Part shown: piece by piece, positions 8,585 through 18,918 of the stretch
How positions within the stretch are numbered: position 1 is the stretch's first letter
Layout of the letters: each line of letters begins with the position of its first letter
Assembly: GCA_964360445.1 (NCBI GenBank)
Contig: CAYHWE010000002.1
Location: 1 to 56,391, forward strand
DNA from: an uncultured Gammaproteobacteria bacterium
Lineage (GTDB): Bacteria; Patescibacteriota; Patescibacteriia; Patescibacteriales; JAKAJF01
Length of the DNA stretch: 56,391 bases
Direction: 5' to 3'
Notes under the pieces: model-generated
The model's database searches: none
Told to the model about the DNA's origin: nothing
What the model saw: only the letters and a program-made list of their open reading frames with translations
Made by a program: the position numbers and the translations under genes

Positions 8585-9510
8585 AAAAAATAGAAATAAT
8601 CGTTCCTGTTTACAATGAAGAGAAATGCATTGATGAATTTGTCATGCGGATAAATAAGTTAAGGGAACAAACGGACGGAATGGATGTGAATGTGGTTTTT
8701 GTCAATGATGGATCTAAGGATAAGAGTTCTGACCTGTTGAATTTGTATGCGAATAAATATTCTTTTTTGAAAGTGATTGAATTCAGCCGGAATTTTGGCC
8801 ATCAGATGGCGGTTACGGCCGGATTGGACAATGTTGATGCTGATTATGTGGCTATAATTGACGCCGACCTGCAGGATCCGCCAGAATTGATAATTGATAT
8901 GATAAAGAAGGCGGAAGAAGGATTTGATGTAGTGTATGGAAAAAGGTTGACGCGCAAAGGGGAAACTTTTTTCAAGAAAATGACAGCAAGATTGTTTTAT
9001 ACAATTATCAGCAAGATGTGCGATGTCAATATCCCGATCGATACCGGTGACTTCCGCCTGATCAATAAGCAGGTTCTGGATATTTTGAAGCAGATGCGAG
9101 AAAAGCATAGGTTTATAAGGGGAATGGTTCCTTGGATCGGATTCAATAGTTCGCCGATCTATTATCATCGTGATGAAAGATTTGCCGGAGAGACGAAATA
9201 CCCTTTAAAGAAAATGATAAAATTCGCCAAAGATGCGATTTTCTCTTTTTCTGATACTCCCTTAAGAATTGCTAATTTTATAGGTTATTCTATTGTTTTT
9301 ATCGGGATTTTAGGTTCGATTTTGATGCTTTACTTAAAGCTGATGACAGAGTATACTGTTCCTGGAATCACGGCTGTTATTTTGACTGTAATCATAATGG
9401 GTGGTATCCAGATTTTGATGCTGGGAATCATAGGAGAGTATGTCGGCAGGATTTTTGAGGAATCAAAAGAGCGGCCATTATATATCATAAAAAATAAAAA
9501 AAATTTTTAA
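8569..9510 (+). CDS. GT2 polyprenyl-phosphate glycosyltransferase (GtrB/ArnC-like) with two C-terminal TM helices
   Basis: IEIIVPVYNEE..., FVNDGSKD, IDADLQDPPE, RGMVPWIGF, and a C-terminal pair of hydrophobic helices followed by GEYVGRIF. Confidence 0.8.
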   Translation: MLQQIKKIEIIVPVYNEEKCIDEFVMRINKLREQTDGMDVNVVFVNDGSKDKSSDLLNLYANKYSFLKVIEFSRNFGHQMAVTAGLDNVDADYVAIIDADLQDPPELIIDMIKKAEEGFDVVYGKRLTRKGETFFKKMTARLFYTIISKMCDVNIPIDTGDFRLINKQVLDILKQMREKHRFIRGMVPWIGFNSSPIYYHRDERFAGETKYPLKKMIKFAKDAIFSFSDTPLRIANFIGYSIVFIGILGSILMLYLKLMTEYTVPGITAVILTVIIMGGIQILMLGIIGEYVGRIFEESKERPLYIIKNKKNF

Positions 9511-9513
9511 TTT

Positions 9514-10314
9514 ATGCAAAATGAAATTTTAAAAAAAGAAGAAGATTTCCATGATGGCTGGGCTAGTTCAATCAATCTGGACGAGGTTATGGTTGATGAG
9601 TTTTTTGAGGCCTGCACTTCTCCGGAAAATAAATTGATAATGGAAAAATTGGGTGATGTCAGGGGAAAGAAAATCTTGGAATTAGGCTGTGGTGCCGGTG
9701 AAGCCTCGGTTTATTTCGCCAAAAAAGGCGCGACCGTGACTGCTACGGATATTTCCAATGGAATGCTTAAGGTCGTGGATGATTTAGCTGCACGACATGG
9801 CGTTTCTCTTGAGACAAGGCAATGTTACTCTCACACGATCCCTTTCCAGGATGGAAAATTTGATATTGTTTATGCAGCTAATCTTTTACACCATATCGAC
9901 TTGGAGCCGACCTTAAGGGAAATCAAAAGAGTTCTGAAAACAGGGGGGATTTTTGTCGGCTGGGATCCTTTGGCGCATAATCCTTTGATAAACATTTATA
10001 GGAGAAAGGCAAAACTTGTCAGGACAGATGATGAGCATCCTATAAGGATCAATCAACTGGATTTATTCAGGGAAAATTTTTCTGAATTTGAGTATAAGGC
10101 GACTTGGTTTTTTACGCTTTGGATTTTCCTTAAATTTTATCTGGTTGACAGGATTGATCCCAATAAGGAAAGATATTGGAAAAAAATCCTGATTGATCAT
10201 AAAAAGCTAGAAAAAACTTATTCAAAATTAGAAAAGGTAGATAAAACATTGTTGAGGTTTTTCCCTTTTTTTAGAAAGTATTGCTGGAATATTATAATTT
10301 TCGCAATAAAATAA
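9514..10314 (+). CDS. Class I SAM-dependent methyltransferase
   Basis: Motif I ILELGCGAGEASVYFAKKG; the post-I acidic residue is in TATDIS. Confidence 0.7.
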   Translation: MQNEILKKEEDFHDGWASSINLDEVMVDEFFEACTSPENKLIMEKLGDVRGKKILELGCGAGEASVYFAKKGATVTATDISNGMLKVVDDLAARHGVSLETRQCYSHTIPFQDGKFDIVYAANLLHHIDLEPTLREIKRVLKTGGIFVGWDPLAHNPLINIYRRKAKLVRTDDEHPIRINQLDLFRENFSEFEYKATWFFTLWIFLKFYLVDRIDPNKERYWKKILIDHKKLEKTYSKLEKVDKTLLRFFPFFRKYCWNIIIFAIK

Positions 10315-10326
10315 ATATTTAAATTT

Positions 10327-11316
10327 ATGAAAAATATTTTAGTTACGGGCGGGGCCGGCTATATCGGTTCGCATTTCATCAATGCGGTATTGAAAAGAGA
10401 GAGTGATATTTCAATCTTTGTGGTTGATAATTTTTCGCAAGGAGAAAATAATAAAATAAAAGATGGAAAAGTTTTTTATTATAATGCGGATTTGAAAGAT
10501 AAAATAGAAATCGAAAGGATTTTTAGCGAAAATAAGATTGATATCGTAGTTCATTTTGCCGCCTTGGCCAGCGTTCCCGATTCTGTTATGAAACCGCATG
10601 ATTATTATCAAAATAACATAATCGGCGGTTTGAATCTGTTGGATGCCATGCTTAAGAATAAAGTCGATAAGATAATTTTTTCTTCCTCGGCTTCTGTTTA
10701 TGGAGAGCCGATCTCAGAAATTATAACCGAGGATCATCCTAAAAATCCGACTAATCCGTATGGTTATACAAAATTAATTTTTGAAAATATTTTGAAAGAC
10801 TATAAAAAAGCGTATGGCCTTAACTCTATTTCTTTCCGTTATTTCTGTGCATCCGGATGCGATGAGTCTGGCAAGATAGGCGAGTACCATGATCCGGAAA
10901 CCCACATCATACCCTCAATTTTAAATACTTTTCTGGGAAAGAGAAGCGAATTCCATGTTTATGGGAATGATTTTCCTACTAGTGACGGTAGCGGGGTCCG
11001 TGACTATATCCATGTTAATGATTTAGCTGATGCTCATGTTTTAGCTCTAAGTAAGTTATTAAGCGGAGAGAATGCGTGTGCATTTTATAATTTAGGGATA
11101 AATAAAGGATTCTCTGTCTTTGAATTGATTCAGGCAGCTGAAATGATTATCGGTAAAAAATTGAATTTCAAAATAAAGGAAAGGCGCCCAGGCGATCCGT
11201 CCAGACTTATCGCCGATTCATCCAAGGCGCAGGGAGAGTTGAATTGGATGCCAAAATATCTTTCTATCGAGGAGATCATAAAGACAGCTTATAATTTTTT
11301 TAAGTCAAAAATATGA
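10327..11316 (+). CDS. galE: UDP-glucose 4-epimerase
   Basis: ILVTGGAGYIGSH, SSSASVYG, catalytic YGYTK, RYFCASG, GVRDYIHVNDLA. Confidence 0.85.
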   Translation: MKNILVTGGAGYIGSHFINAVLKRESDISIFVVDNFSQGENNKIKDGKVFYYNADLKDKIEIERIFSENKIDIVVHFAALASVPDSVMKPHDYYQNNIIGGLNLLDAMLKNKVDKIIFSSSASVYGEPISEIITEDHPKNPTNPYGYTKLIFENILKDYKKAYGLNSISFRYFCASGCDESGKIGEYHDPETHIIPSILNTFLGKRSEFHVYGNDFPTSDGSGVRDYIHVNDLADAHVLALSKLLSGENACAFYNLGINKGFSVFELIQAAEMIIGKKLNFKIKERRPGDPSRLIADSSKAQGELNWMPKYLSIEEIIKTAYNFFKSKI

Positions 11317-12041
11317 GAGCTTTGATTTTAGCGGCTGGACTTGGAACAAGGCTTAAGCCGATTACAGACGATATGCCAAAACCGCTAGTTACAATCGGAG
11401 GCAAACCTTTGCTTGCATATCACCTTGAAGCGCTGAAAAAATACGGAGTTGACGATGTTTTGATAAATACGCATTATTTGCCGGATAAGATTGCGGAATA
11501 TGTATATAGTTATAAAAAAAATTTTTCAAAACCGGAAATAAAAATTGTTTTTGAAGAAGAGCTTTTAGGCAGTGCTGGCACTCTAAAGGCTAATCGTAGC
11601 TTCTTTGAGAATGAAAGATATTTTTTCGTTATTTATGGAGATAATCTGACAAATTTTAATTATGACAAATTTTTAAAATTTCACATAGATAATGATGGAC
11701 TTATATCAATTGCATGTTATCATGAGTGTAGTCCGGAATCAAAGGGAATTATTGAGTTCGATGATAATAAGTTGATTAAAAAATTCATAGAAAAGCCGAA
11801 AAAAGAAGAAGTTGTAAGTAACTTTGCCAATGCCGGCATTTATATCGTAAATAAGGAAATATTTGATTATTTGGATTTGCTTGACAGGAAGTTCCTGGAT
11901 TTCGGTAAAGATGTTTTTCCATTTTTATTGGCAAGCGGGGCAAAGATGCATGCCTACGAGATGGATGAATTTCTTTTGGACATAGGCACGATAGAGAATT
12001 ATGAATCAGCTAAGGAAAAGATTAAAAATTTAATATTTTAA
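11313..12041 (+). CDS. hddC: Sugar-1-phosphate nucleotidylyltransferase; candidate D-glycero-alpha-D-manno-heptose-1-phosphate guanylyltransferase
   Basis: The N-terminal ALILAAGLGTRLKPITDDMPKPL signature is present, and the start forms an ATGA overlap with galE. The HddC assignment rests on the neighbouring GmhA/GmhB/HddA genes. Confidence 0.65.
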   Translation: MRALILAAGLGTRLKPITDDMPKPLVTIGGKPLLAYHLEALKKYGVDDVLINTHYLPDKIAEYVYSYKKNFSKPEIKIVFEEELLGSAGTLKANRSFFENERYFFVIYGDNLTNFNYDKFLKFHIDNDGLISIACYHECSPESKGIIEFDDNKLIKKFIEKPKKEEVVSNFANAGIYIVNKEIFDYLDLLDRKFLDFGKDVFPFLLASGAKMHAYEMDEFLLDIGTIENYESAKEKIKNLIF

Positions 12042-12045
12042 AAAT

Positions 12046-12747
12046 ATGGAAACAAAAAGCTCATTGCAGGGTGCTCATGATAAGCATTGGAAAGATAGAG
12101 AAATAGATGAATCTTCCAATTTCAGAAGAAATGTCTTGGTTAAAAAAATTTTTTCAAACATAAATAATGAAAGCAGGATCTTAGATTTTGCTTGTGGCAA
12201 TGGTGATTTAACGGAATATTTAGTTAAGTCTGGATTTAAAAATGTTTATTCAGTCGATTTTTCTGATGAAGGCGTGGAGATTACAAGAAAGAGAGGAGGG
12301 CAAAATGTGCTTCAGGCTGATATTTGCGAGCAGCTTCCCTATGAGAGTGAATTTTTTGATTATGTGTTGTGGCTTGATAATATTGAGCATCTTAATTCTC
12401 CTCAAGCAGCTATGGATAATATCCGCAGAACTTTAAAAAGTAAGGGCACCCTTTTGTTATCATTGCCAAATATGGGTTATTGGTTTTACCGCCTTTATTA
12501 TTTAAAAAACGGGACAATCATCGGGACAGACGGGGTTCTTCCTGATGGTCACATCAATCTGCCTTGGGAATATCAGCATATCCGTTTTTTTAATGAAAAA
12601 TATATTAAAATATTTCTAGAAAAAAATGGGTTTGAGGTTGTGCGCATATCATCATATCATAATGAAAATGAGCTTAAAAATATGCTATCAAAATTATACA
12701 GGCGCTTATTTGCGGAAGGATTCCTGGTTATTGCTCAAAAAAGATAA
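12046..12747 (+). CDS. Class I SAM-dependent methyltransferase
   Basis: ILDFACGNGDLTEYL motif I, and LDNIEHL. Confidence 0.7.
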   Translation: METKSSLQGAHDKHWKDREIDESSNFRRNVLVKKIFSNINNESRILDFACGNGDLTEYLVKSGFKNVYSVDFSDEGVEITRKRGGQNVLQADICEQLPYESEFFDYVLWLDNIEHLNSPQAAMDNIRRTLKSKGTLLLSLPNMGYWFYRLYYLKNGTIIGTDGVLPDGHINLPWEYQHIRFFNEKYIKIFLEKNGFEVVRISSYHNENELKNMLSKLYRRLFAEGFLVIAQKR

Positions 12748-12896
12748 ATTATTGGCTAACTTTAGTTAAATATCTGGCAGGGGCAAAAGGCTTTTCTTTT
12801 TAGGGAGAGGTCTTTATTTTTTTAGGATTCTATGTTATATTTTTAAATAGTTTATGCTATTTTTCGTTAAATTTAAGTTATAAATTTTTTATCCAA

Positions 12897-14234
12897 ATGT
12901 TTAATAAAATTAAAATAGCGTCACTGGCAAATGATCTTGGAATCGGAGGGACAGCCAGGCAAATAATAACTATCGACAAATATTTAGATAAGGATATTTT
13001 TGAACATTATATCATATCCCTGAATTCAAAAGATAACGCAAGGGCGAAGTTTCTTTCGAATAAGAATATTTTTTTTGTTGAAAAACCGGAAGATGTTGCA
13101 AGAATATTGGAACAGGAAAAAATTAATATCCTTTATTGCCATCGTCATGGCCGCAACCAGCCTGAGCATGATGAGGTTGCTAAAAATTTACCACCCCATA
13201 TCCCGTTATTGGAGTTAAATACATTCAGTGCAAGGGATAGTGGTTTTTTTGGTAAAAGATGTGATAAGCATATTTTTGTAAGTATGACCAATATTTTAAA
13301 ATATGTGAAACAGAATAGCTTAAAATTTGATTTCAGAAGATTGAAAGTGGTATATGCTTTGATTGACTCTGATAATTATAAGTCTCATATAGATCAGAAA
13401 GAGATTGACGAGTACAGAAAAAAATATGATTTGGATGGTTATTTTGTTATTGGAAGGCTAGCAAGGCCAGTCATGGGAAAGTGGGATGATAAAATGATAA
13501 TTTTTTGGAAGAAAATTTGTAAACTTAATCCAAAAGTTAAATTTTTGATTTATGGAGTTCCAGAAGAAAGAAGACAGCTTATTAGGGAATCGGGTCTAGA
13601 AAAAAATCTTATAATTTTTGAGCCGACATTATCAGATAAGGATCTTGTGCTTTTTTATAGCAGCATAGATGCTTATGTCCATGCCAGTCCGATCGGAGAG
13701 TGTAATTGCGGAGCGATAGCTGAGGCGATGTTGTTTAAAAAACCTATAATTGTCACCTCTACCCCCTTTTCTAGATTTACATTCGGCCGTAGCCATACTA
13801 AAGACAATGGGCAAGTTGAACAAATCGAAAACTATACCAATGGATATATAGTGGAAAGTGCAGAGGCCATGGCAAGGGCGGTTGATTTTCTTTCCAAAAA
13901 TCCAAAAATAGTGGAAAGCATGGGTGACGCAAATCAAAAAGAGGTAGCAGAAAGATATGATGCATCTGTGGGGGTAAAAACGCTAGAAAAAATTTTTATA
14001 GAAAGCGTTATGGACAAGGGTGTTGAAATAGACAATAAGATAAAAGAATATTTTGAAAATTCACATTTTTATCCAAATGAAGATTTTATAAAAAAGTGGT
14101 TTGTGGAATATTATAAAAGAGTGGAGGACACGTATTGTAAAAACTGTAAAGATGGATTTCGGGATAAGATTTTTTATTTCAAAATGGCATTGAAAAGAAA
14201 GTTTAATACCCTAAAAACCAAATTAAAAATATGA
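12897..14234 (+). CDS. GT4 (GT-B fold) glycosyltransferase
   Basis: The N-terminal IASLANDLGIGGTARQ and the C-terminal GECNCGAIAEAMLFKKPIIV (EX7E-type) motifs are present. It follows the only sizeable gap (149 nt) in the + strand block. Confidence 0.65.
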   Translation: MFNKIKIASLANDLGIGGTARQIITIDKYLDKDIFEHYIISLNSKDNARAKFLSNKNIFFVEKPEDVARILEQEKINILYCHRHGRNQPEHDEVAKNLPPHIPLLELNTFSARDSGFFGKRCDKHIFVSMTNILKYVKQNSLKFDFRRLKVVYALIDSDNYKSHIDQKEIDEYRKKYDLDGYFVIGRLARPVMGKWDDKMIIFWKKICKLNPKVKFLIYGVPEERRQLIRESGLEKNLIIFEPTLSDKDLVLFYSSIDAYVHASPIGECNCGAIAEAMLFKKPIIVTSTPFSRFTFGRSHTKDNGQVEQIENYTNGYIVESAEAMARAVDFLSKNPKIVESMGDANQKEVAERYDASVGVKTLEKIFIESVMDKGVEIDNKIKEYFENSHFYPNEDFIKKWFVEYYKRVEDTYCKNCKDGFRDKIFYFKMALKRKFNTLKTKLKI

Positions 14235-15235
14235 TTATCGTGAAAGCGCCATTAAGAATCAGTTTTGTCGGGGGAGGAACAGATCTTTTTGATTTCTATA
14301 AGAACTATCCGGGAAGGGTAATATCAACAACTATAGATAAGTATGTTTATCTTGTAATAAATTCTTCATACAACATGAATGATTTTATTCTGAAGTATCA
14401 GAAGACAGAAAAAGTAAATAATCCCAAGGAGATTGTCCATAATCGTTTTCGGGCAGCCTTTAATGATTATGGTATCACTCGCGGATTAGAGATCGGTTCC
14501 TTTGCTGACATTCCTGCAAAAACGGGGCTGGGTTCATCTTCTAGTTTTTCGGTTGCCTTAGTGAAGGGCTTGAGCGCTTATTTAGGTAAAACGATCGGTC
14601 CTGAAAAAGCTGCGGAAGAGGCGTGTCGCTTAGAGATTGATATTTTAAAAGAGCCCATTGGAAAGCAAGACCAATATGCAGCTGCCTTTGGTGGATTTAA
14701 TATTTTTCAATTTAATCCTGATAATTCTGTTGACGTGGAGCCTGTTTTGATTGATTTCAAGAAAAGGGCTGATCTTGAGAGCCATCTTTTATTATTTTTT
14801 ACCGGAGTTACTAGAAGCGCGTCGGAAGTTTTATTTGATCAAAAAGGAAAAATTGAACATAATCTTGAAACTTATAAAAAAATGTCTGATTCTGTTTTTG
14901 ACTTTAGGGATAGATTATTGGCAGGTGATTTTAAGGGATTGGCGGAAATGTTGCATGAAGGATGGCTCAGAAAAAAAAGCCTTAGCGGCAATGTAAGTAA
15001 TTCTGTTATTGATATGATGTATGAGGCCGGAATAAAAGCTGGGGCTTGGGGCGGAAAGATTCTTGGTGCTGGCGGCGGTGGCTGTCTTTTGTTTATCGCG
15101 CCTCCGGAGAGCCATCAGAGAATTTGCGAATATGTAAATTTGATCTCTGATGTGCAAAGCCTTGCTGAGTTTAAGCAAATTCCCGTAAGCTTAACCCAGT
15201 CTGGTGCAAATATAATTTATAACTCAAAAAATTAG
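14231..15235 (+). CDS. hddA: GHMP sugar kinase; candidate D-glycero-alpha-D-manno-heptose-7-phosphate kinase
   Basis: PLRISFVGGGTD, GHMP motif II PAKTGLGSSSSFSVALV, and GAGGGGCLLF. The start forms an ATGA overlap with the upstream gene. Confidence 0.75.
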   Translation: MIIVKAPLRISFVGGGTDLFDFYKNYPGRVISTTIDKYVYLVINSSYNMNDFILKYQKTEKVNNPKEIVHNRFRAAFNDYGITRGLEIGSFADIPAKTGLGSSSSFSVALVKGLSAYLGKTIGPEKAAEEACRLEIDILKEPIGKQDQYAAAFGGFNIFQFNPDNSVDVEPVLIDFKKRADLESHLLLFFTGVTRSASEVLFDQKGKIEHNLETYKKMSDSVFDFRDRLLAGDFKGLAEMLHEGWLRKKSLSGNVSNSVIDMMYEAGIKAGAWGGKILGAGGGGCLLFIAPPESHQRICEYVNLISDVQSLAEFKQIPVSLTQSGANIIYNSKN

Positions 15236-15238
15236 CAT

Positions 15239-16330
15239 ATGGAAGGTTATATCAAGCAATTTATAAATGAAGCTGATCAGGCTATAAATTCTGTCCAGGC
15301 CAAGGAGATCTCTAGGGCCATAAACATCGTCCAATCTGTTTATGAGAGGGGTGGACGTATTTATATTTTCGGTAACGGCGGATCATTGGCCCTGGCCACT
15401 CATTGGGTAAGTGATTTTAATAAGACTGTTTTTAGCCATGATTTGGAAAAGCACTCAAGGCGTTTTCAGGCTATAAGGTTACCGTCAACAGAAGAAGAAC
15501 TTTCCGCCTGGGCTAATGATGTGGGGTATGATATGGTCTTTGCCGGTCCTTTGCAAAATTATCTTCAGGAGGCGGATTGTATTATTGCTATAAGCAGTTC
15601 TGGGAATTCAAATAATATCATCAAGGCTGTTGAATTGGCTAAATCGCGCCACATACAGGTCGTAGGGCTTTCTGGATTTGATGGAGGAAAATTGAATGAG
15701 CTTGCGGATGCTAAAATTTTAGTGAAAACAGAAAGAGGTAAATATGGCATTGTAGAGGGAGCGCATGCTGTAATCCTTCATTTGATTACGACTTATTTCC
15801 AAGACTATTTTGATCATCTGCAGGCAGATAAAAAAAGTCGGTTGAAAAAAATCTTATTTTTAGATCGAGATGGAGTTATAAATAAAAAGGCTGAAGAACA
15901 TGAGTATGTTGCCAGGGTGGATGATTTTATTTTTAATGAAAAAATTTTTGAAGTGCTTAGAGACCATAAAAAACGCGGGTATGAATTCATAGTTATCACG
16001 AACCAGCGAGGCATAGCTAGGGGAAAAATGCTAGAAAAAGATCTTGAAAAAATCCATGAGCACATGATTGAACGCCTAAAAAGAGAAAATTTAGATATTC
16101 TAGATATTTTTTATTGTCCACATGAAGAGTTTGTTTGTGATTGTCGAAAACCAAAATTCGGATTATTGAACAAGGCTGCAGATAAATATGATATTGACTT
16201 GAACGGCTCGATACTGATCAGCGATTCATGGAAAGATGTGAAAATGGGAAAAGAATTCGGCATAGGTGAAAATATTTTTGTAGAATCTGATACTTTAGAA
16301 ATTTTGAAATACGATGAATATAATAAATAA
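15239..16330 (+). CDS. gmhA: Bifunctional fusion: SIS phosphoheptose isomerase (GmhA) plus HAD D,D-heptose-1,7-bisphosphate phosphatase (GmhB)
   Basis: The N-terminal half has IYIFGNGGSLALATHWVSDF and ISSSGNSNNI (SIS domain). The C-terminal half has LFLDRDGVIN (HAD DxD), ITNQRGIARG and CDCRKPKFGLL (GmhB zinc/HAD signature). Confidence 0.8.
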   Translation: MEGYIKQFINEADQAINSVQAKEISRAINIVQSVYERGGRIYIFGNGGSLALATHWVSDFNKTVFSHDLEKHSRRFQAIRLPSTEEELSAWANDVGYDMVFAGPLQNYLQEADCIIAISSSGNSNNIIKAVELAKSRHIQVVGLSGFDGGKLNELADAKILVKTERGKYGIVEGAHAVILHLITTYFQDYFDHLQADKKSRLKKILFLDRDGVINKKAEEHEYVARVDDFIFNEKIFEVLRDHKKRGYEFIVITNQRGIARGKMLEKDLEKIHEHMIERLKRENLDILDIFYCPHEEFVCDCRKPKFGLLNKAADKYDIDLNGSILISDSWKDVKMGKEFGIGENIFVESDTLEILKYDEYNK

Positions 16331-16952
16331 AATTTATAATAAGGCTTATTTTTTCTTAATGAGGAATCGGCTTGACCGCGGTAACTTTGAGGCAGTAAGG
16401 TCAAGAAAATTTTTGTTAGGAGATTGCATGTCTGATTGTCAGGTAAATATTGGGAGGTGGACATACGTAGATCCTCATTCAAGAGCACATATCTGGACTA
16501 AAAATGATAAAATCAGCATAGGAAAATTTTGTTCCATCGCGGGTGATGTTAAAATTATTGCCGGGGGGAATCATGATCATAATTCAAGGGTTTCTACTTA
16601 CCCTTTTAAAAGTAAGCTCACTGGGCTTAATTTGGTTGAATCAGGAAATAAGGGACCAGTTGTAATCGGCAATGATGTTTGGATAGGCATTGGAGCAACG
16701 ATATTGTCGGGAGTTAAAATAGGAGATGGCTCTATCATAGGGGCTCAGGCAGTGATCAGTAGGGACGTCCCGCCTTATTCTATAGCCGTTGGAAATCCTG
16801 CTAAGATTGTAAGACAAAGATTTGAAAGTGACATTATAGAAAAGCTTTTACAGATTAAATGGTGGGATTGGGATGATGACTTAATTAAAGAAAGGATGGG
16901 TGATTTTTATTTAGATGCAGAAGCTTTTGTTAAGAAATATTCTAATATATGA
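16314..16952 (+). CDS. Hexapeptide-repeat (LbH) acetyltransferase, Vat/CatB-like
   Basis: VVIGNDVWIGIGATILSGVKIGDGSIIGAQAVISRDVPPYSIAVGNPAKIVRQRF. The start is uncertain; an alternative ATG is at 16428. Confidence 0.75.
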   Translation: MNIINKIYNKAYFFLMRNRLDRGNFEAVRSRKFLLGDCMSDCQVNIGRWTYVDPHSRAHIWTKNDKISIGKFCSIAGDVKIIAGGNHDHNSRVSTYPFKSKLTGLNLVESGNKGPVVIGNDVWIGIGATILSGVKIGDGSIIGAQAVISRDVPPYSIAVGNPAKIVRQRFESDIIEKLLQIKWWDWDDDLIKERMGDFYLDAEAFVKKYSNI

Positions 16953-17767
16953 ATGAGAAAATAAAAATTTCCGCATGCATTATCGTTTATAATGAAGAGG
17001 GGTTGATTGATCGATGCTTGAAGAGCATTAAAGATATAGCTGATGAAATAATCATCGTACATGATGGAGAGTGTTCAGATAAGACCTTGGAAATTGCAAG
17101 AAAATATACGAATAAGATATTTACTAAGCCGCATGTCGGTATCGCTGAGCCATTAAGAAGCTTTAGCTATGAGAAGGCGCAAGGGGAATGGATTTTGCAG
17201 GTTGACGCTGATGAGTATTTTGATTTGGAGGATGTTGATAAGGTGAAAGGGTTGATACAAGACAATCAGACAGATGCTTATAATTTTAAATGGGAATTGT
17301 GGAATGGAAGGGAGCCGATTCAGCTTAAGGGCTTGCAAAAAATGGGCTTATTTAGAAGGGGTAAGATTGAATACCAGGGCTTGCCGCAAACAAATGTAAA
17401 AGTTTTAGGAAAAGTTAAATTGGCTGATATTTTTTTGCGACATAGGCCGCTTTACGATAATGTTTCATGGAAGACAGCTGGTAGGAAGAGGAGGTATTGG
17501 ATGGAGGTAAATGCCAGGTATTTTTTCCCGGAATTAGTCAAATATGAGTGTTTTAATACGACAGCTGATTCCTGGATCGAATATACAAAAAAAGTCAGAA
17601 AATATCCTTTGTTTTATTTATTTTTTTATCCTTTGAAAAATTTTTTGGGGCAGCTTAAGAATGGTTTAGGGCTAAGCTGGATCGGCATGAATGCTTTATT
17701 CCAGCAATACGTTTATTATTTTTCTTTATATTGGACAATATGGAAAATGGAAAAAAAATCAAAGTAG
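16949..17767 (+). CDS. GT2 glycosyltransferase
   Basis: ISACIIVYNEEGLIDRCLKSI...IIIVHDGECSDKT...VDADE. Confidence 0.7.
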   Translation: MNEKIKISACIIVYNEEGLIDRCLKSIKDIADEIIIVHDGECSDKTLEIARKYTNKIFTKPHVGIAEPLRSFSYEKAQGEWILQVDADEYFDLEDVDKVKGLIQDNQTDAYNFKWELWNGREPIQLKGLQKMGLFRRGKIEYQGLPQTNVKVLGKVKLADIFLRHRPLYDNVSWKTAGRKRRYWMEVNARYFFPELVKYECFNTTADSWIEYTKKVRKYPLFYLFFYPLKNFLGQLKNGLGLSWIGMNALFQQYVYYFSLYWTIWKMEKKSK

Positions 17768-18918
17768 CCCTAGTCCGCGGGGACAGCTTGAATGAATGGG
17801 AAGGGAAAATCTGGGGTGAATTGGGCGATGATTTCCAGGTCACTGCTTTTTGCAGTAAGAAAAATTTATACAATTCCAAGAATCTGAAATATCCGGTTAA
17901 AAATCTTTTTTCCAGTTCAGATAATTTTTTTGTCCATAATTTTGATAAATATTTGAACGGCCGTTTCCAGAATATGTTCGGATTGGAAAAAGAGCTGGAT
18001 GGTTTTGATATCGCGCATACGGCAGAAATCTCTTATTTTTTCACGACTCAGGCAGTGCGCGCAAAAAAGAAAAATAAAAACTTGAAAGTGGTGGCAACCG
18101 TTTGGGATAATAGCTTCGGCCGGTTCGAATATAATTATTGGCCCGGATTCAAGACCCCGCCTTTATTTTGGCGGAAGAAAATCAATAGCATCATAAAGGA
18201 AAATGTCGGAGGTGTTGATTTGTTTCTACCGGTCACAGAATTTTCCCGAGGGATGCTTTTGGATTATGGCGTGCCGGAAAACAAAATCCAGATTTTGACT
18301 CCCGCAGTCTTGAATAATGACGCTGATGCCAAAGATTTTTTAGAAGAGAAAGGTTTGGCTGGTAAAGAGATCTATATGATGGTCAATAGGATGGTAAAAG
18401 AAAAGGGGATTTATGATGTGTTGTATGGTTGGAGCATGTATTTGAAATCGGTTGGCAATAAAAATAAAATATTGCTGATGATCGGTAATGGTCCGGAAAG
18501 AGAAAATATGATGCGCTTGGCTGGAGATTTGGACGTAAAAGATAATATTTTATTCATCCAGCAGTTGCCGAATGAAAAAGTCAGGGGATTATATAAATAC
18601 GCCAAAACTTTGATTTTGGGCAGTTTGTCGAATCCGATGTGGCAGGAGCAATTCGGTTATGTCCTGGCGGAGGCGATGACGAATGGCTGTCCGGTCGTGA
18701 GCACTTATTCAGGAGCGATTCCTGAAGTTATCGGCGATGCTGGCGTATTATTTGCGCCAGGCAATCCAGTCGAATTGAAAAATGTTTTAGAGAAAATTGA
18801 TGATCAGGAATCTTATAGTCGATTGAAAGCGAATTGCCAAAAAATGAAAGAAAGATTTGCGGCGGAAAAATTCAAGAATAATCTGGTTGATATTTATAAA
18901 AAATTAAAAAATGATTGA
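17740..18918 (+). CDS. GT4 (GT-B) glycosyltransferase
   Basis: EQFGYVLAEAMTNGCPVVSTYSGAIPEVIGDAGVLF (EX7E region). The track start at 17731 and the ATG at 17740 are both possible. Confidence 0.75.
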   Translation: MENGKKIKVALVRGDSLNEWEGKIWGELGDDFQVTAFCSKKNLYNSKNLKYPVKNLFSSSDNFFVHNFDKYLNGRFQNMFGLEKELDGFDIAHTAEISYFFTTQAVRAKKKNKNLKVVATVWDNSFGRFEYNYWPGFKTPPLFWRKKINSIIKENVGGVDLFLPVTEFSRGMLLDYGVPENKIQILTPAVLNNDADAKDFLEEKGLAGKEIYMMVNRMVKEKGIYDVLYGWSMYLKSVGNKNKILLMIGNGPERENMMRLAGDLDVKDNILFIQQLPNEKVRGLYKYAKTLILGSLSNPMWQEQFGYVLAEAMTNGCPVVSTYSGAIPEVIGDAGVLFAPGNPVELKNVLEKIDDQESYSRLKANCQKMKERFAAEKFKNNLVDIYKKLKND

